DNA from: Octopus vulgaris
Lineage: Eukaryota
Assembly: GCA_951406725.2 (NCBI GenBank)
Contig: OX597824.1
Coordinates: forward strand, 46,624,001 to 46,688,000
Direction of reading: 5' to 3'
DNA length: 64,000 nucleotides
Position 1 is the first letter of the stretch. Each line of letters begins with the position of its first letter. Positions 1-13,129 of this stretch are shown in pieces. The notes beneath the pieces are model-generated. The model was not told the DNA's origin. It searched no databases and saw only the letters and a program-made list of their open reading frames with translations. Position numbers and translations under genes: made by a program.

Positions 1-552
1 AGTGAGAGCAGTGCATGCCATCAAAGTGACACTGGGGTAAAATATACAAAGCCCAGTATACCCATCATGACTACCCGTCTGATAAGGGTACACCAGGCAC
101 ATGCATCACAACCATATGTGCGCGACATGGTGATCTCATAAAAAGATAAACAGCACATGACCTTGCAGGTGGGGCCCAGTTAGAATTTTCTTCAGGTTGA
201 GTAGCCCATCCCGCTCACACGGTCCCTGAATAAGGGTTGTTTAAGGATGTTGAAAAAACCACCCATGTTTCCAGAGGTGAATTATTCAAACCCCAAAGAA
301 TTCCTCTCAACACATGGCTATGATGCTCCCCCACTACTTCTGCTCGTGATCAGAGATGCATATATCGTCAGCCACTAAGGGACATGCTCAACTGGTTATG
401 GTCAAGCAACTGACAAGCAAATCTGTGGTATTGAGCAGAATATTTGCTGTAGCCCATCTTTTATACCCAGACAAAACAAAGTACATGATAACACTTCCAA
501 TCAGTTAAGATCAGAAGCCATGAGAGCCACTGCCTGGTACTGCATCAGGGCA
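1..552 (-). mobile_element. ~555-bp non-coding interspersed element flanked by (AAT)n, copy A (3' end clipped by window)
   Basis: Near-identical to 31023-31578; abuts (ATT)n at 556-625; no ORF, no tRNA A/B boxes seen. Confidence 0.85.
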
Positions 553-625
<73 letters not shown>

Positions 626-626
<1 letters not shown>

Positions 627-963
627 GAGTGAGAGAGCAGTGCATACCATCAAAGTGACACTGGGGTAAAATATACAAAGCCCAGTATACCCATCATGAC
701 TACCTGTCTGATAAGGGTACACCTGGTACATGCATCACAACTATATGTGCCTGACATGGTGATCTCATATCAAGATAAACAGCCACTAAAGGACACGCTC
801 AACTGATTAAGGTCAAACAACTGACAAGCAAATCTATGGTATTGAGCAGAATATTTGCTGTAACCCATCTTTTATACCAAGACAAAAGAATGTACATGAT
901 AACACTTCCAATCAGTTTAGATCAGAAGCCATGAGAGCCACTACCTGGTACTGCATCAGGGCA
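626..963 (-). mobile_element. 555-bp element copy B, internally deleted
   Basis: Same ends as copies A and D; about 220 bp missing at 782 across a CAGC microhomology; (ATT)n on both sides. Confidence 0.85.
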
Positions 964-980
964 ACCTATTATTATTATTA

Positions 981-1049
<69 letters not shown>

Positions 1050-1050
<1 letters not shown>

Positions 1051-1700
1051 ATGATTTTTGACTTTGTCGAAAGAACTCATATGTTTGTGAGGGCCTTGTC
1101 ATTATTTCGTGATAAACCTTTGATGAACCAGCTATTCTAATGCGTGAAACTATTTCAATATGCATCTTATCACTTCTGAGTCATTATGACCACCTATTTT
1201 TGTTTTTGCTGATTTAATCATTGTTTAACAATATTTACTTGCCCTTGATAGCAGCACAGTTTTGATAAATTAAAGTTACTCGCAAAGTTATTTGTGTTAG
1301 TTCATACTTTATTGTTTATCTTTCATGTAGTTGATATCCCTTGGGTTGTTTGTTTCGGATATCGTGATGTCATACTATCATATATACATATCTCTGGACC
1401 CAATTAATTTTATACTTTTTTATACTTAATGACCATCTGGAGAAGAATACGAGAAGCTATTTCAATATGTTTTCCCATAGAAGACCGTGTGGCGTTAGTC
1501 TCTAGTTTTATTTATATTTGGAGACAATCAGAAAACTTCCACAAGCAAGATATTCCGTTCTACCAGTTAGTTAAAGATCCCTCTATACAAATAAATTTCT
1601 TTATAAGTTAAAAGTTTTGTCAGTTTTCTAGTACGATGTTATTGTAGGCTGCAATATATATATATATATTTTTGTTGAGGGAACTTCTAATTAGAGATAT
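1050..1700 (-). mobile_element. Highly decayed LINE (RTE-like) RT C-terminal remnant
   Basis: Minus-strand translation gives broken motifs resembling FIYLGS, LLYGSETW and ILKINW; many stops; boundaries approximate. Confidence 0.4.
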
Positions 1701-2879
1701 TGCCAGAAAAGAAGAAATGCAGTTGTCAGAAGCTAGACAGCTTTTGACAATAGATTTGCTCGATCCAGGTTAATTTAGGAGTTAACAACAGTACAGTCAA
1801 ATTTAACACTCAATAGGCCGTTTAGTATTTTCTAGTAAACATTTTTACACTTTGAAAATCTTGCTTAATTCTTAAATGACTAATTTTGCTTTAAGAATTT
1901 ATCTGTTGGACAAAAATTAAAACTCTTAGAAGCTTTTGGTAAAACAGTCTTGTTTAAAATGTAAACATTAAGACGTAGACTAGACAAAGGAGAAGACTAG
2001 ACAAAGGAGAAGACGTAGACAAAGAAATATTAAATTTAAAAATATAATTAGATAAATTTCTTGAGAAGAATAGGATCGTCTTTCCTTTTGATCAAGATAA
2101 ATGCGTTGTTTATAGCCATTAAAACGATAAAGAAAACATAAATATATAATTGTTGGAAATTGCAAAAAATAATCCAACTAGCAAAATGGAATTTAGCTCC
2201 CAGTGCCGAAATCCACCCCGCTCAACTAAAGAATTCGTGTCTAATGTACAATATTTTAAAGTTCTTTATTTTTATCTCTCAGTAGAAGATAAAAATTGTT
2301 TCGTAATACCGTGCAAGTATTCACAATCTTTTAAAATGTCCAGCAATCATTATAGATATCATCACTATAAAGGTATTTATATACGTACAACCAAGTTTGG
2401 CTCAATACTTCTGTGGGTTGTGATGTTATATGTAGAATAGATTTTCATGCAACTGCCTTAAATATTTGCTGTAAAACAAAGCTGTGAGTTATTCTTAAGT
2501 TAGTCAGGTTTATCAGGTGAGATTCTTAAAGTCTGCTATGGACGTAATATCTAAAAGAAGCTCGAAGATAATAGTAAAAAAATAACACTGATAAAAATAG
2601 AATGGTTCTCTCATTCTATCTCACACTCTCTTTAGCTCTTTTCTATTTTTTTCTTTTTACCTTCTGATGCCAAAACACTCCTCAAAAATCAGGTAACTTA
2701 ACAGTATTTGAAATCTTTAAATTATTTCTAGGTAGTTTCTAGACGGAAGAAATCCAAAGAACGCAGTCATCAGCATATTGAAACAAAATAATTTTGTGAG
2801 TAAAGGTGAAAAGGAAAAGTTGAAAACTTGAAATAGAGAAAAAATTGGTGCAAAATGATTGAACAAGACGATACATACA

Positions 2880-3270
2880 TGGTGATTGTTCCATCTTCAC
2901 AAATGATTGCCCTCCGTTGTCAATGGCATTTCTAGTCTACCATGTATGACTTTTCATATGACTATTCAGTCCCGCTGCAGATCTGCATGATTTGAAGCAT
3001 AGGTAACAGATGGCAGTTGTGACTCCCACTGAATTAATCGTATCACTTTGTGAGATTCGATCTCTGTGAACCACCATATATCTCTTCAGACCTGAAATCA
3101 ACTACCAAGCTCTCTCACACACTACACACGTCGAATCACCCGGTCTCGGAAGAAGGACGCTACATATAGTTGATCTTCCATTGGCTTCAAATGATTGGCA
3201 TACCCAGCCTTGGAAAGGAGTACACGGCCACACGTTTCACACTGGCAGCGATTTATGCTCACGGCAAACT
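2880..3270 (-). mobile_element. RTE-clade LINE 3' fragment with two C2H2-like zinc fingers
   Basis: CETCGRVLLSKAGYANHLK and CYLCFKSCRSAAGLNSHMKSH, typical of RTE/BovB ORF2 C-termini; stop codons between them. Confidence 0.65.
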
Positions 3271-3289
3271 TCTCGAAAGTTTTACAATA

Positions 3290-3537
3290 CACATACATGC
3301 ACACACACACACACACACACACCATACATACATACAGATACATAGATAAACACACACACTCACACACACTCTCACACACGTATATATATAGAGAGAGAGA
3401 GAAAGAGAGAGAGAAAGAGAGAGGGAAAGAGAGAGAGAGAAAGAGAGAGAGAGAGGAAAGAGAGAGAGAAAGAGAGAGAAAGAGAGAGAGAGGCAGACAG
3501 ACATAGACGTACAAAGAAAGAAATTATATATATGAAC

Positions 3538-3618
<81 letters not shown>

Positions 3619-3725
3619 CAAAGGAAAATGAGAGTGTGTGAGTGTGAGAGAGAGATAAAGAGAGAGAGTGTGAGAAAGAGATAAAGAGAGAGTGAGTGAG
3701 TGACTGACTGACTGACTGACTGAAG
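3290..3725. repeat. Compound microsatellite (AC)n/(AG)n/(AGAT)n/(ACTG)n
   Basis: Direct inspection. Confidence 0.95.
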
Positions 3726-4174
3726 GAAATAGGTAGGACGTTTGAAAGAAGGGGTATGAGAAGTAGAAGGATAAAGAAGGGTTGCGAAAATGAATGGAAT
3801 ATAGATTAACGTCTAGGTGTGTTTTGAAAGGAAAATTTCCGCTAAACTGGATACCGTTTTAATGTGAATAGTATTTTTTATCTTTTTGGTATATGATTGA
3901 AAAAATCTCAATACTTGACTGATTTCAGCCCTGCTGCGTCTGTTGTAGTAGCTTAGTATGTTTTTATCAAAACTTTCCAATCAAAGATTTTTAGCTGATA
4001 AGTCATATCGATATGATTGAACATTTTTTGCATATTTGAAAACTTTTTCCCCTATGTAGTTTTGTAAATCTTTTTTAGTATATGCATGGAAATGTGCCTC
4101 TTTCTAACTGAGCTTTGAAAGAAACCAAATTTTACTACTAACAGGAATGTAAAGATAGCGATGAATTATTGTTT

Positions 4175-4400
4175 TTAGCTTCCTGTTAGCTCTGAGCAGG
4201 TAGACCTATGAAAAAATGCCGTGACTATCTCGTCTTTGTTTTAAAAAAAGGACGAGGTAGTGTATCTAAAATATAGTGTATCTAAGACTACACTGTCCAG
4301 TGTCTTCGTCGATTTTAAAGACAGTAGTGTGTGATATGAAGGCGATCCGGCATTGCTATTTCAAGAAAATTGAATGATCGTTTAGAGATTCCATAATTGA
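4175..4400 (-). mobile_element. SINE-like interspersed repeat (family also at 48270-48700 and 60351-60620)
   Basis: Reverse complement resembles the gaaatagcagccaaatctccctcaaatcacac...gatcataggtctgct motif series. Confidence 0.55.
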
Positions 4401-5050
4401 CAGGAACAATAGAGAGAAGCGGATTACATGCCAAGCATTACGGCATTAAACTCCGTATATGTTTCTAAATTTGATTTTAAAATAATTATAGGCTGATGAC
4501 AAACTGCATAAACCAATTAACAGTAACCACTTCATGTACTAAACTTACAAATAGTACCCACAGAATGTAATTAGCGTCACTGCACCTATTTTCACATAAA
4601 AGGATTTACTTCCGGCAACAAAGGCAAAAAACTACAAATACTACTGAGATGACCACTTACACTTTAATCGCAAATGCAATACCAAAGTGAAAGTATGCCG
4701 AGCAGATGTGTCTTCTCTCCATCAAAGTTTGAAAGCCACCAAATCATATACTGACATGTGTGAAGAACATTTTAAGAGATATTTCAAGAATCAAAAATCA
4801 AGTAATTAACTGCGCTAGTGAAACGGAACCTTACCTCAACCAAATTAAGTATGAAACTAAAAGAAAAAGTAATGTGCTAATTTTATAATATTATGGTCAC
4901 CTTGAACACAACATCAGATTATATATAACCTGAAAAACCATTCTGCAACTTCTGTAATTAGAAAAAATTCCAAATATTAACTGAAACAACAGGTTAAACG
5001 GAACAACGAGTTGATCACCATAAAAATATTTTTCCCCTTTGAAGCTATAA
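4400..5050 (+). mobile_element. Decayed Penelope-like element, GIY-YIG endonuclease region
   Basis: Frameshifted VCRADV...KSYTDMCEEHFKRYFKNQKSS...FCNFCN*KKFQIL...LNGTTS resembles the PLE GIY-YIG C-terminus. Confidence 0.55.
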
Positions 5051-5361
5051 TAGAACACTTGAATTAGATTAAGTTGTTAGATGTCAATCATCCTCAACAA
5101 TATGTTAACTACTTAGCAACCGGATGAAGCCAAATGGAAGTCTGTATCACGTCACACTATTATCATTGTAACAGAATTTTCACAGCATGCTCCAACACCC
5201 AACTCCACCCAATGATTGCATTCGGGTATGGGATAGAAGTAAGGAAATACAAACTGGCTTTAGTGCTCTTATACTTTGTTTGCACAGTTGAAATACTGAC
5301 AAATATATCGCTAACGCAAATGCGTGTAGAGTGTATGTCTGTGAGTGTATGTCTGTGAGTT

Positions 5362-5442
<81 letters not shown>

Positions 5443-5451
5443 GTGTGTATG

Positions 5452-5483
<32 letters not shown>

Positions 5484-5494
5484 CATATATGGGT

Positions 5495-5860
5495 ACAGGA
5501 CGTCACTAATTGTGTAAACAACATGAAATACGAAAACAAACGAGTTAAATCCGCAAACAACGAGAGAAAAAATGGAAAACAGGACAAGTAAACGCAGAGA
5601 ACGACCCTTCATCGCCGTCTATCTACTCCTCATTTCGAGCATTCAACGACAATATGAGTCTTCAAAGACAGTATGTGGAGACATACAAGGAAACCGAACG
5701 AAAACAAACAAGGTGGGTCGTTAGACCAGAACGAAAGGAAAATAGTGAACGCTGAGAGAAATATTTTCTTTGAAGAGACAGAAAGAAATCGTCCAGTCCT
5801 TTGATCGTCCGTGCAGGAAAAGGCCACGTGAAGAAAAGAAAGATGGACGATGGTCACCTG
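5495..5860 (-). mobile_element. Putative Penelope pLTR-derived repeat with degenerate hammerhead-like motif
   Basis: Minus strand ctgtct-TTGAAGA-...-gctc-GAAA-...GTA-...agacgg at 5615-5672; lies next to (AC)n/(AT)n like other pLTR fragments. Confidence 0.4.
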
Positions 5861-6199
5861 TGAGCATTACTTTAAATTCAGTTTAAATGAAAAACTTATA
5901 AGTTCACAAAGTTTTGGAGGTCATTTAAAATTTGAATTCTCAACTATTAACATTTAACAAATCCTTATCCAGACCTGATCCTAATGCTGGATGTTCAAGA
6001 ACCAAATGAAGGGCAGATTTTCAATGCCGGGATCATCCTGATCCCAATAATGTAGACTGAGATACAGGGATCCCGGACGAACGGACAGAGTTCCGCATTT
6101 ACTATTATTATTATTATTGTTGTTGTTGTTGTTGTTGTTGTTACTATATATGCGTATCAAAAGGATCAAAGGTCGTCATAAGCCATAGGATTATGTAAC

Positions 6200-6390
6200 C
6201 AATTTCTCTGATTCTGTGGTGTATTTATCACCTCTGCTTGATGGGATGCCGAGTCGTTGCAGGATTAAGTATTTTAGCTAGCTGAGTGAACTGTAGCAAA
6301 GCACAACTCATAGCACAGTTCAGAAACTGAAAGGACAACCTTACGATTATAAGAGCAACACTCTAACCACTAAGCCACGCGCCTCCACAT
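6200..6390 (-). mobile_element. Degenerate tRNA-derived SINE
   Basis: Reverse complement begins ggaggcgcgtggcttagtggttagagtgttg (A box). Confidence 0.65.
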
Positions 6391-7117
6391 ATATACGTAT
6401 ATATACGCACATGCACATAAACATACATACGTAGAGAGAGAAAGAGAGAGAACATACATACATCGTATAGCATATGTGGTGAACAGCCCAGCCTGGAATG
6501 AAACTCAGAGAAGCCTATAGACTATTGGTATAATAAACACACACACAGATACGTGCATAGATACACATATGGTGCTTACATAACAGTCTGTTGCTACTCC
6601 GAGTTTTACGATTATTTGCTGGTTACGCAAGTAATTTTCTGCAGGTGTGCAGACAGACAGACACATAGACACAGAAGCACATACACACTGTATGTATGTG
6701 TGTGTGTGTTTATTAGTTTACAATTATTTTAAATAAGAAGATAAATTTTTATGTGTACGTGTATTTGTACCACGCATCATTTATTAGAGGAAAAAATTCT
6801 TGGATTGTGTTCCACAAACCAAAGGAGTTAAGTCATTTGCTATTTTCTCTTTTTGAATTGTGAGAACATTTACAGTATATGTATGTGTGTGTATTTGAGT
6901 ATAGGTATGGGTGTATTTAAGTATGTGTACCTGTGCATGTAAATGTATATGTCTGTGTGTAAAAGTACGCATATCTGCGTGCATGAAAATTTATGCGTGC
7001 GCGTACATGTGTGTGTGTGTGTGTGTGTGTGCATATAAATATGTAGGTGCTGTATGATAATGTGTGCATGGCTATAATGTTTTGTATAATGTTTCTGCGC
7101 TCTGCAGATCTCTCATT

Positions 7118-7162
<45 letters not shown>

Positions 7163-7286
7163 TTCTATTTCTCTGCCTCTGCCTCTCTCTTTTTCTCTCT
7201 GTGTTGAAAAGAAATTCTTGGCGTTAGACTTAAGATTCAAATAAAAGAAAACAAACCATTTATGTCTGTATATTTTAAATAATGAT

Positions 7287-7770
7287 TTCTGATTTGGGTA
7301 CAAAGCCAGCAGTCTTTAGGATAAGTGTTAGTCAGTACCCTCGACCCCATTTCTTGACTGTTAATTTATTTAATCAGCCCGGAAAGGAGGGAAGACAGAG
7401 TTGGTCTCAGAGGGATTTGAACTCAGAGCGTAAAGTACTCGAATAAATACCACAACGTATTTATTCCGACACAATAACGAATCTTGGACGTCGCATCGTT
7501 TGAAATTGCGGCACGAGGCCAGCAAGTTCGGGAAAGTGGTCTAGTCGATTACATCGACCCCAGTGCTCAACTGGTACTTATTTTATTGACCCCGAAAGGA
7601 TGAAGTCGACCTCAACGGTACTTGAACTGAGGACGTAAAATATCGCCTTATAATGTTAGCGATATGAATGCTCGACTGAGTATGTTGAAAAGGGAGCGCG
7701 AAAGGATAAAAGGCAAATTTAACTTCGGCGGAGTTTGAACTCAGAACGGTAGAAATGCAGCAAAACCTTT
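7287..7770 (-). mobile_element. Cluster of degenerate tRNA-derived SINE copies (Meta-domain-like family)
   Basis: Contains ctggtacttattttattgaccccgaaaggatgaa and tttgaactcag (reverse B box). Confidence 0.8.
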
Positions 7771-8202
7771 CTTTCTTCACTGTAACGATACTTCGATTTC
7801 GTGTGTAATGTTGACGGCATGGTTGGACGGTTCAGTCTGTTGAAAAGGATGGAACCCTGCCGGTAGGATGATAGATATCAAGATGTTGAATTCCCTCCTC
7901 GTTCCTCAGGTCCATGAGGTAAGTGAAGGAGATCTTGAGAGCCAATGTTCTATTCCCAGAAGCAAACTAATCTAACCTCACTCTCACCCAGCCTCTTCAC
8001 TTAATCAGATAAACACTCTAACCTACGAATCAGTCTCTATGTAGTTGGTCGATTCACTTGGTATAACAACTGAATCTCTTTCAATTCACCGTGTTAGCAG
8101 ATTTTTTCCATGTTTCTGCTGAAATAATAGTCTTGGTTTCAATTAATTTTGAAATTAATGAAGTATTTAGTGAAATTATCTTGTCATTGCTTAAAGCTAG
8201 TG

Positions 8203-8420
8203 TTAAGGCAGTGAGTTGGTAGGATCGTTGGCTCGTCGGACAAAATGTGTAACGGCTTTTCTTCAAGCTTCCTACATTCTGAGCTCAAATTCCCCCGAGA
8301 TCGATTTTGCATTTCACTTTTCAAAGTCAATAGATTAAGTATTAGTCATGTACTGGAATCGACATAATCCACTTGCCCCTCACCTTAAAATGCTAGCCTT
8401 GTGTCAAAATTTAGGGAGAA
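8203..8420 (+). mobile_element. tRNA-derived SINE (Meta-domain-like family), diverged
   Basis: aggcagtgagttggtaggatcgttg head, ttctgagctcaaatt B box, family body and tail. Confidence 0.75.
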
Positions 8421-8461
8421 TTACATAAACACACACACACATATATGTATATATACATATA

Positions 8462-8655
8462 CATAGGTGCTGGTGTGGCTGTGTGGTAAGAAGTTTACTT
8501 CCCAACATTATGGTCCCTAGTTCAGTCCCACTGCGTGACATCTTAAGCAAATGTCTACTATTATAGGCTCGAGCAGATCAGTCTTGTGAGTGTATTTGGT
8601 AGACAGAAACTGAAAGAAGCCCAACAGTTATGTTTGTGCGTGTGTATTTGTGTGT

Positions 8656-8694
<39 letters not shown>

Positions 8695-8905
8695 CGTGTA
8701 CCTTTGTGTCAGAATTTGTCCCCTGCCACCGCTTGACGGTGTGTTTAGGTCCCAATAACTTAGCGGTTCGGTAAACGAGAACGATAGAATAAGTATCAAG
8801 TCTCAAAAAAGGATATAAGTACTGGGGACGATTCATTCAACTAAAAATTCTTCAAGGCGGTGCCCCAGCATAGCCGCAGTCTAATGAATGAAACAAGTAA
8901 ACTAT
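8462..8905 (+). mobile_element. tRNA-derived CORE-like SINE with internal (GT)n
   Basis: gtggctgtgtggtaag A box, agttcagtccc B box, CORE-like gtgacatcttaagcaaatg; homologous to 52578-52950 and 61548-61885. Confidence 0.8.
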
Positions 8906-9659
8906 GAAGAAAAAAATATAGATAAAAAATATATATATATATAAAAGCTGGCGTTTGGAACATAGATCAACTTGTTCAATTTACATCCTTTTAGAGCATG
9001 AATTTTGAATCATAGAACCGGGAGCAGTCTTGAGCGAAATGGTATCAAAGGAGTTAAAAACAGAAAAGGTATATTGCATGATATAATCTAGAAAAAAAAA
9101 TAAAAGCTAAACTAGAAGACGGAATGATTTCGGCTGGAAAACTTTTTGATCTTAGCTCAGTAGGTTGAGGGATGATTTCAGGCAAAACAACACCTAGATA
9201 CATTAGATTAACGTGAAATAGGTGCTTTGACAGCGTTTTTATGAAGGAAACAGAGCGAAAGGTCAAAGGCAGGCTTTATATTTAGAGCTTAAAGCAAGAC
9301 ACGTGCCAACTGATAAGGAATGCTTGGTGTTCTTGAAGCGGCAACGATAGTTGTAAGGGCGAACATGTCGGCGGCAGCGGCAGTAGTTGTGGGAGGATGG
9401 TGATGGTTGCTATGTAGGCAGTGTTGATAGTTGTTATAATGGATGTGATGGAGGTGGTAGTGGTGGAATTGATGGTGGTTGTGTCGGGTTGTTATTTGGT
9501 GGATGCGGTGGTGGTGATAGTGGTGGTGGTGTGTGTGGGGGGGTGAGGATTATGTAAGTGGTGGTTGTGGTAGTGGTGGTGATTGTAATAATGGTAGTCG
9601 ACATGAGCGAGAAACTTCATAAATGAAGAATTAATTCCTAAATTGTTGGAAGGCAGGTT

Positions 9660-9780
9660 TAGAGAAGGCGCGGGCTAAAACTACGCGCCCTTCCCCTCCA
9701 TTGGTCAGTTGAAGCTTTGACAGTGTCACGTGACAGCTGGTGCTTTCTGCTGGAGTCTATAGCGAGTATTCAAAGGGAAA
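9660..9780. promoter_or_regulatory. CpG-rich promoter-like patch: CCAAT box and palindromic E-box (CLEAR-type) TGTCACGTGACA
   Basis: ATTGG at 9700-9704; TGTCACGTGACA at 9724-9735; CpG retained relative to flanks. Confidence 0.4.
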
Positions 9781-10067
9781 TTTGGCAGGATTGTCAGTCG
9801 CCCGCTGACATTTGTTGACGCTGTATCGAAGAAACCAAAGAACAAAAGAAAAAAAAGGAGAAAACAGAAACGCACTCAACGCCAGGGCGAAAGAAAGGGG
9901 CCGCCACGTCGAAAACGGTAGAGGAGTAGGGGCCGAAACCGGACGTGGTTCCTCCTGATGATGTCTTTAGCCACTCGATCCTATAAAGGAGCTGTTAAGG
10001 TAGCGAACCACGAAACGTAGTTGGAATTCCTTCCTGCGTGTGTGTGTGTGTGTGTGGGTGTGGGTGT

Positions 10068-10130
<63 letters not shown>

Positions 10131-10349
10131 TGAGAGAAAGAGAAAGAATATGTAAAGTGTGCGCACACAAACATACACACACACACATCGGATCGGAATA
10201 ATCATAAAATCAAATATTAATATTTAGAATGCATTTAATGCATACGTTTGTTGTAGTTAAGTAAGTTAGCCGATGCATATTTATATTTATAACCCTCATC
10301 GATTCACATTTTAAAATTTAATAGTATAAAAAATTTTTTAGTCCTTTAT

Positions 10350-11005
10350 GTAGTAACTGACCAGATAGTAAATAATTGGCCGGATAGTAAGTAGCCGACC
10401 GGATGGTATAAGAACCAGTTAAAATACAAAATTTGGCATCGCGGTGTTATCAAGTACTGTTTAGTCCACAAAGTCATTCATACTGACATGGTAGCTACAT
10501 TAGAGGGTGACGCTCCAGCTTTATCAACAGCGTAAAAGTAGCCAGCTGAATTTAGGAGGGAAAGGAAGAGTCTTGAAGATGACCCGAGGTCCGGAGGTCC
10601 TGTAATTGCCACCGCCGAGGATCTTCAAAAAGGTCACACCATCAATGGGGAGTACTATGCCAACTTGCTGAGGTAGTTATGAAAGGCTATCAAGATCAAA
10701 TGCTCAGAAAAACTGTCGAAAGCGGTCTTGTCTCATCAGGACAATGCTCCACCACACAAGTCCTTGGTTTCAGTGCTTGCCCTGCATGACTAGCTTTGAA
10801 ATGGTTGATCATTTTCCCTCTTCTCGTGATTTGGCCCCATCTGACTATCATCTGTTCGCCAACAGGAAAAAAAAAAATCCACTTGGCTGGGAACCGGTGT
10901 CGCAGTAGTGATGTTGTCATATCTGCTGCTGATGAATTTTTTGACCAACAAAATGAAAGTTTCTTCCCCAATGAGATCTGAGCACTGGAACCTTCTGCCG
11001 ACCCT

Positions 11006-11010
<5 letters not shown>
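10350..11010 (+). mobile_element. Mariner transposon remnant, internally deleted
   Basis: EFRRERKSLEDDPRSG, KGHTINGEYYANLLR, HQDNAPPH, DLAPSDYHLF motifs; terminal ggaaccttctgccgaccctcat resembles a mariner TIR. Confidence 0.85.
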
Positions 11011-11042
<32 letters not shown>

Positions 11043-11199
11043 ATACATACATACATACATACATGTATGTATGTATGTATGTATGTATGTATGTATGTAT
11101 GTATGTATGTATTATAAACATACCAACACGCACACTTCTCTAAGTCAGCATTTAGATATATTTTATATTCAACATTCTCAACGGTTTCATAGAAAAGTT

Positions 11200-11350
11200 T
11201 CAGTGAGTGGGGGAAGCAGAGAATGAATGATACAAGGTAAAAGTACGCGTGAGTCTGCGTACGTGTGCGTGTCCGAGAACACTCACAGGAATATGAAGAT
11301 GTTAAACTAATGTAGGGGGAAATATTTCGAAGTCTCCAATATTTTTTTCA
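11200..11350 (+). repeat. Unclassified interspersed repeat, second copy at 62430-62525
   Basis: Shared aaagtacgcgtg..tctg...gtgtcc.agaacactc.caggaatatgaa.atgt.aaac.aatg. Confidence 0.7.
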
Positions 11351-11594
11351 AGATATTCCTTTGAAAATTCTAGGTCAGCAGTTTAAAATAATTACTTTTG
11401 CAGAAATGGAATTACCTGGTAACCATGGTTAACTATCTGTTTGAAGATATGACTCGGTTGAAATCTGTAGTTATATGTGGGTATGATAAAATGTGATAAT
11501 ATAGATATGTGTTTGCTGCAAATTTTTAATTTACAGCAAATAGACTTCCTCGAGTTAGAACCTAGAATGTTAAGTTAAAACTATTGAAATACAT

Positions 11595-11800
11595 CGGTTT
11601 CCAATTTTGGCACCAGGCCGGGAATTTTGAGGAAGCTGGCAAGTCGATTCGATTACATCGATTCCAGTGCCAACTGGTACTTATTTTATCGGCTCCGAAA
11701 ATCAACCCCGGTGGAATTTGAAATCAGAACGTAAAGACAGACGAAATGGCACTAAGCATTTTGCCCGGCGTGCCAACGATTCTGCCAGCGCACCGCCTTA
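11595..11800 (-). mobile_element. tRNA-derived SINE (Meta-domain-like family)
   Basis: Reverse complement starts aggcggtgcgctggcagaatcgttggcacgccgggc; body and tail present. Confidence 0.9.
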
Positions 11801-12009
11801 TAAATATATTACTATAGTGGGTAATATTCACCATATATTTTGACTATATTCTTCAACTTTGTTATAATGCCAGCTGACATATTCTCCCAGCGAAATGTCT
11901 TCGGTGTCAGTTTTTGACTGGCAGTAACAGCCGAAAAATTAGTTTAATTTTCGCACTTAAAGGCCCCATGAAACTTTCTAGGACTTTCTGGCGAAATTAT
12001 AAAAGCTCT

Positions 12010-12157
12010 TTACGTTCTGAGTTCAAATTCCGCCGAGGTCGACTTTGCATTTCATCATTTCAGGGTCGATAAATTAAGTACCAGCTGAGTACTGGGGTCT
12101 ATCTAATCGACTGACCCCCTCCCCCAAAATTTCGAGCCTTGTACCTAGAGCAGAAAA
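12010..12157 (+). mobile_element. 5'-truncated SINE with 17-bp target-site duplication
   Basis: gaaattataaaagctct at 11993-12009 and 12158-12174. Confidence 0.9.
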
Positions 12158-12434
12158 GAAATTATAAAAGCTCTGGAATTCAGTTGTCAAAATGAACTTT
12201 TGTTTTTGAGGCTATGTGCCATTGAACCCAAGTTTAATAAGATCATTTTTCATCCTTCAACTTTTTTCTCTAAGAGCTTATTTCTTTTGTAATCGGAAAC
12301 TATGTTCTAAAATTTGTATGAGATATTACAGCTCTCATTTTTGACAATTTTATCATTTCTTAATCTACATACAGAGAATGAATGTCACAAATCGTATAAT
12401 ATGTATATTAAAATGTTTTAATGTTATTATTTTT

Positions 12435-12521
12435 ATTGAGTTGACAGAATCGTTATTGCGCCGGGTAAAACACTTAGTCCCCTCCCCTAAAATTTCAGGC
12501 CTTGTGTCTTTAGTAGAAAAG

Positions 12522-12598
<77 letters not shown>

Positions 12599-12795
12599 CA
12601 TCAAGACATGCCAGACAAAATGCGATGCGGCATTTCGTCTGTCCTTATGTTCAGAGTTCAAATTCTCCCGAGGTTGACTTTGCCTTTCATCCTTTCGGGG
12701 TCGATAAAATAAGAACCATTTGAACACAGGAGTCGGTGTAATCGACTTAGCCCTTCCTCCCCAAATTGCTGGCCTTGCGCCAAAATTTGTAATCA
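12435..12795 (+). mobile_element. Two SINE copies (first internally deleted) separated by (ATT)n
   Basis: Family head, body and tail motifs; (ATT)n tails at 12522-12600 and 12795-12862. Confidence 0.85.
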
Positions 12796-12863
<68 letters not shown>

Positions 12864-12894
12864 GTTGTTGTTGTTGGTGGTGGTGGTGGTTTAT

Positions 12895-13030
12895 TTTCCT
12901 TCTTTCTTCAAATTTCCTTCCATTTTTCGCCGAGTGTTTTTGTACACCTAGGGCAGAGAAGCTCATTGTATGCATTCCCAGATAACACACGCAAATTCAC
13001 AGGTAAAAAATTTAAAAAATTAATAAATAA
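12895..13030 (-). mobile_element. 3' UTR fragment of an R4/Dong-like LINE
   Basis: Similar to 31975-32110 (gccgagtgt...gggcagagaa...ttgtat.catt). Confidence 0.6.
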
Positions 13031-13070
13031 ATAAATTCATGAATGGATGTTGTTATTATTGTTATTGTTA

Positions 13071-13128
<58 letters not shown>

Positions 13129-13129
<1 letters not shown>

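Noticed and set aside
2930-3260. Host C2H2 zinc-finger gene
   Set aside because: No TGEKP linkers, interrupted by stops, and the pattern matches RTE LINE C-terminal fingers.
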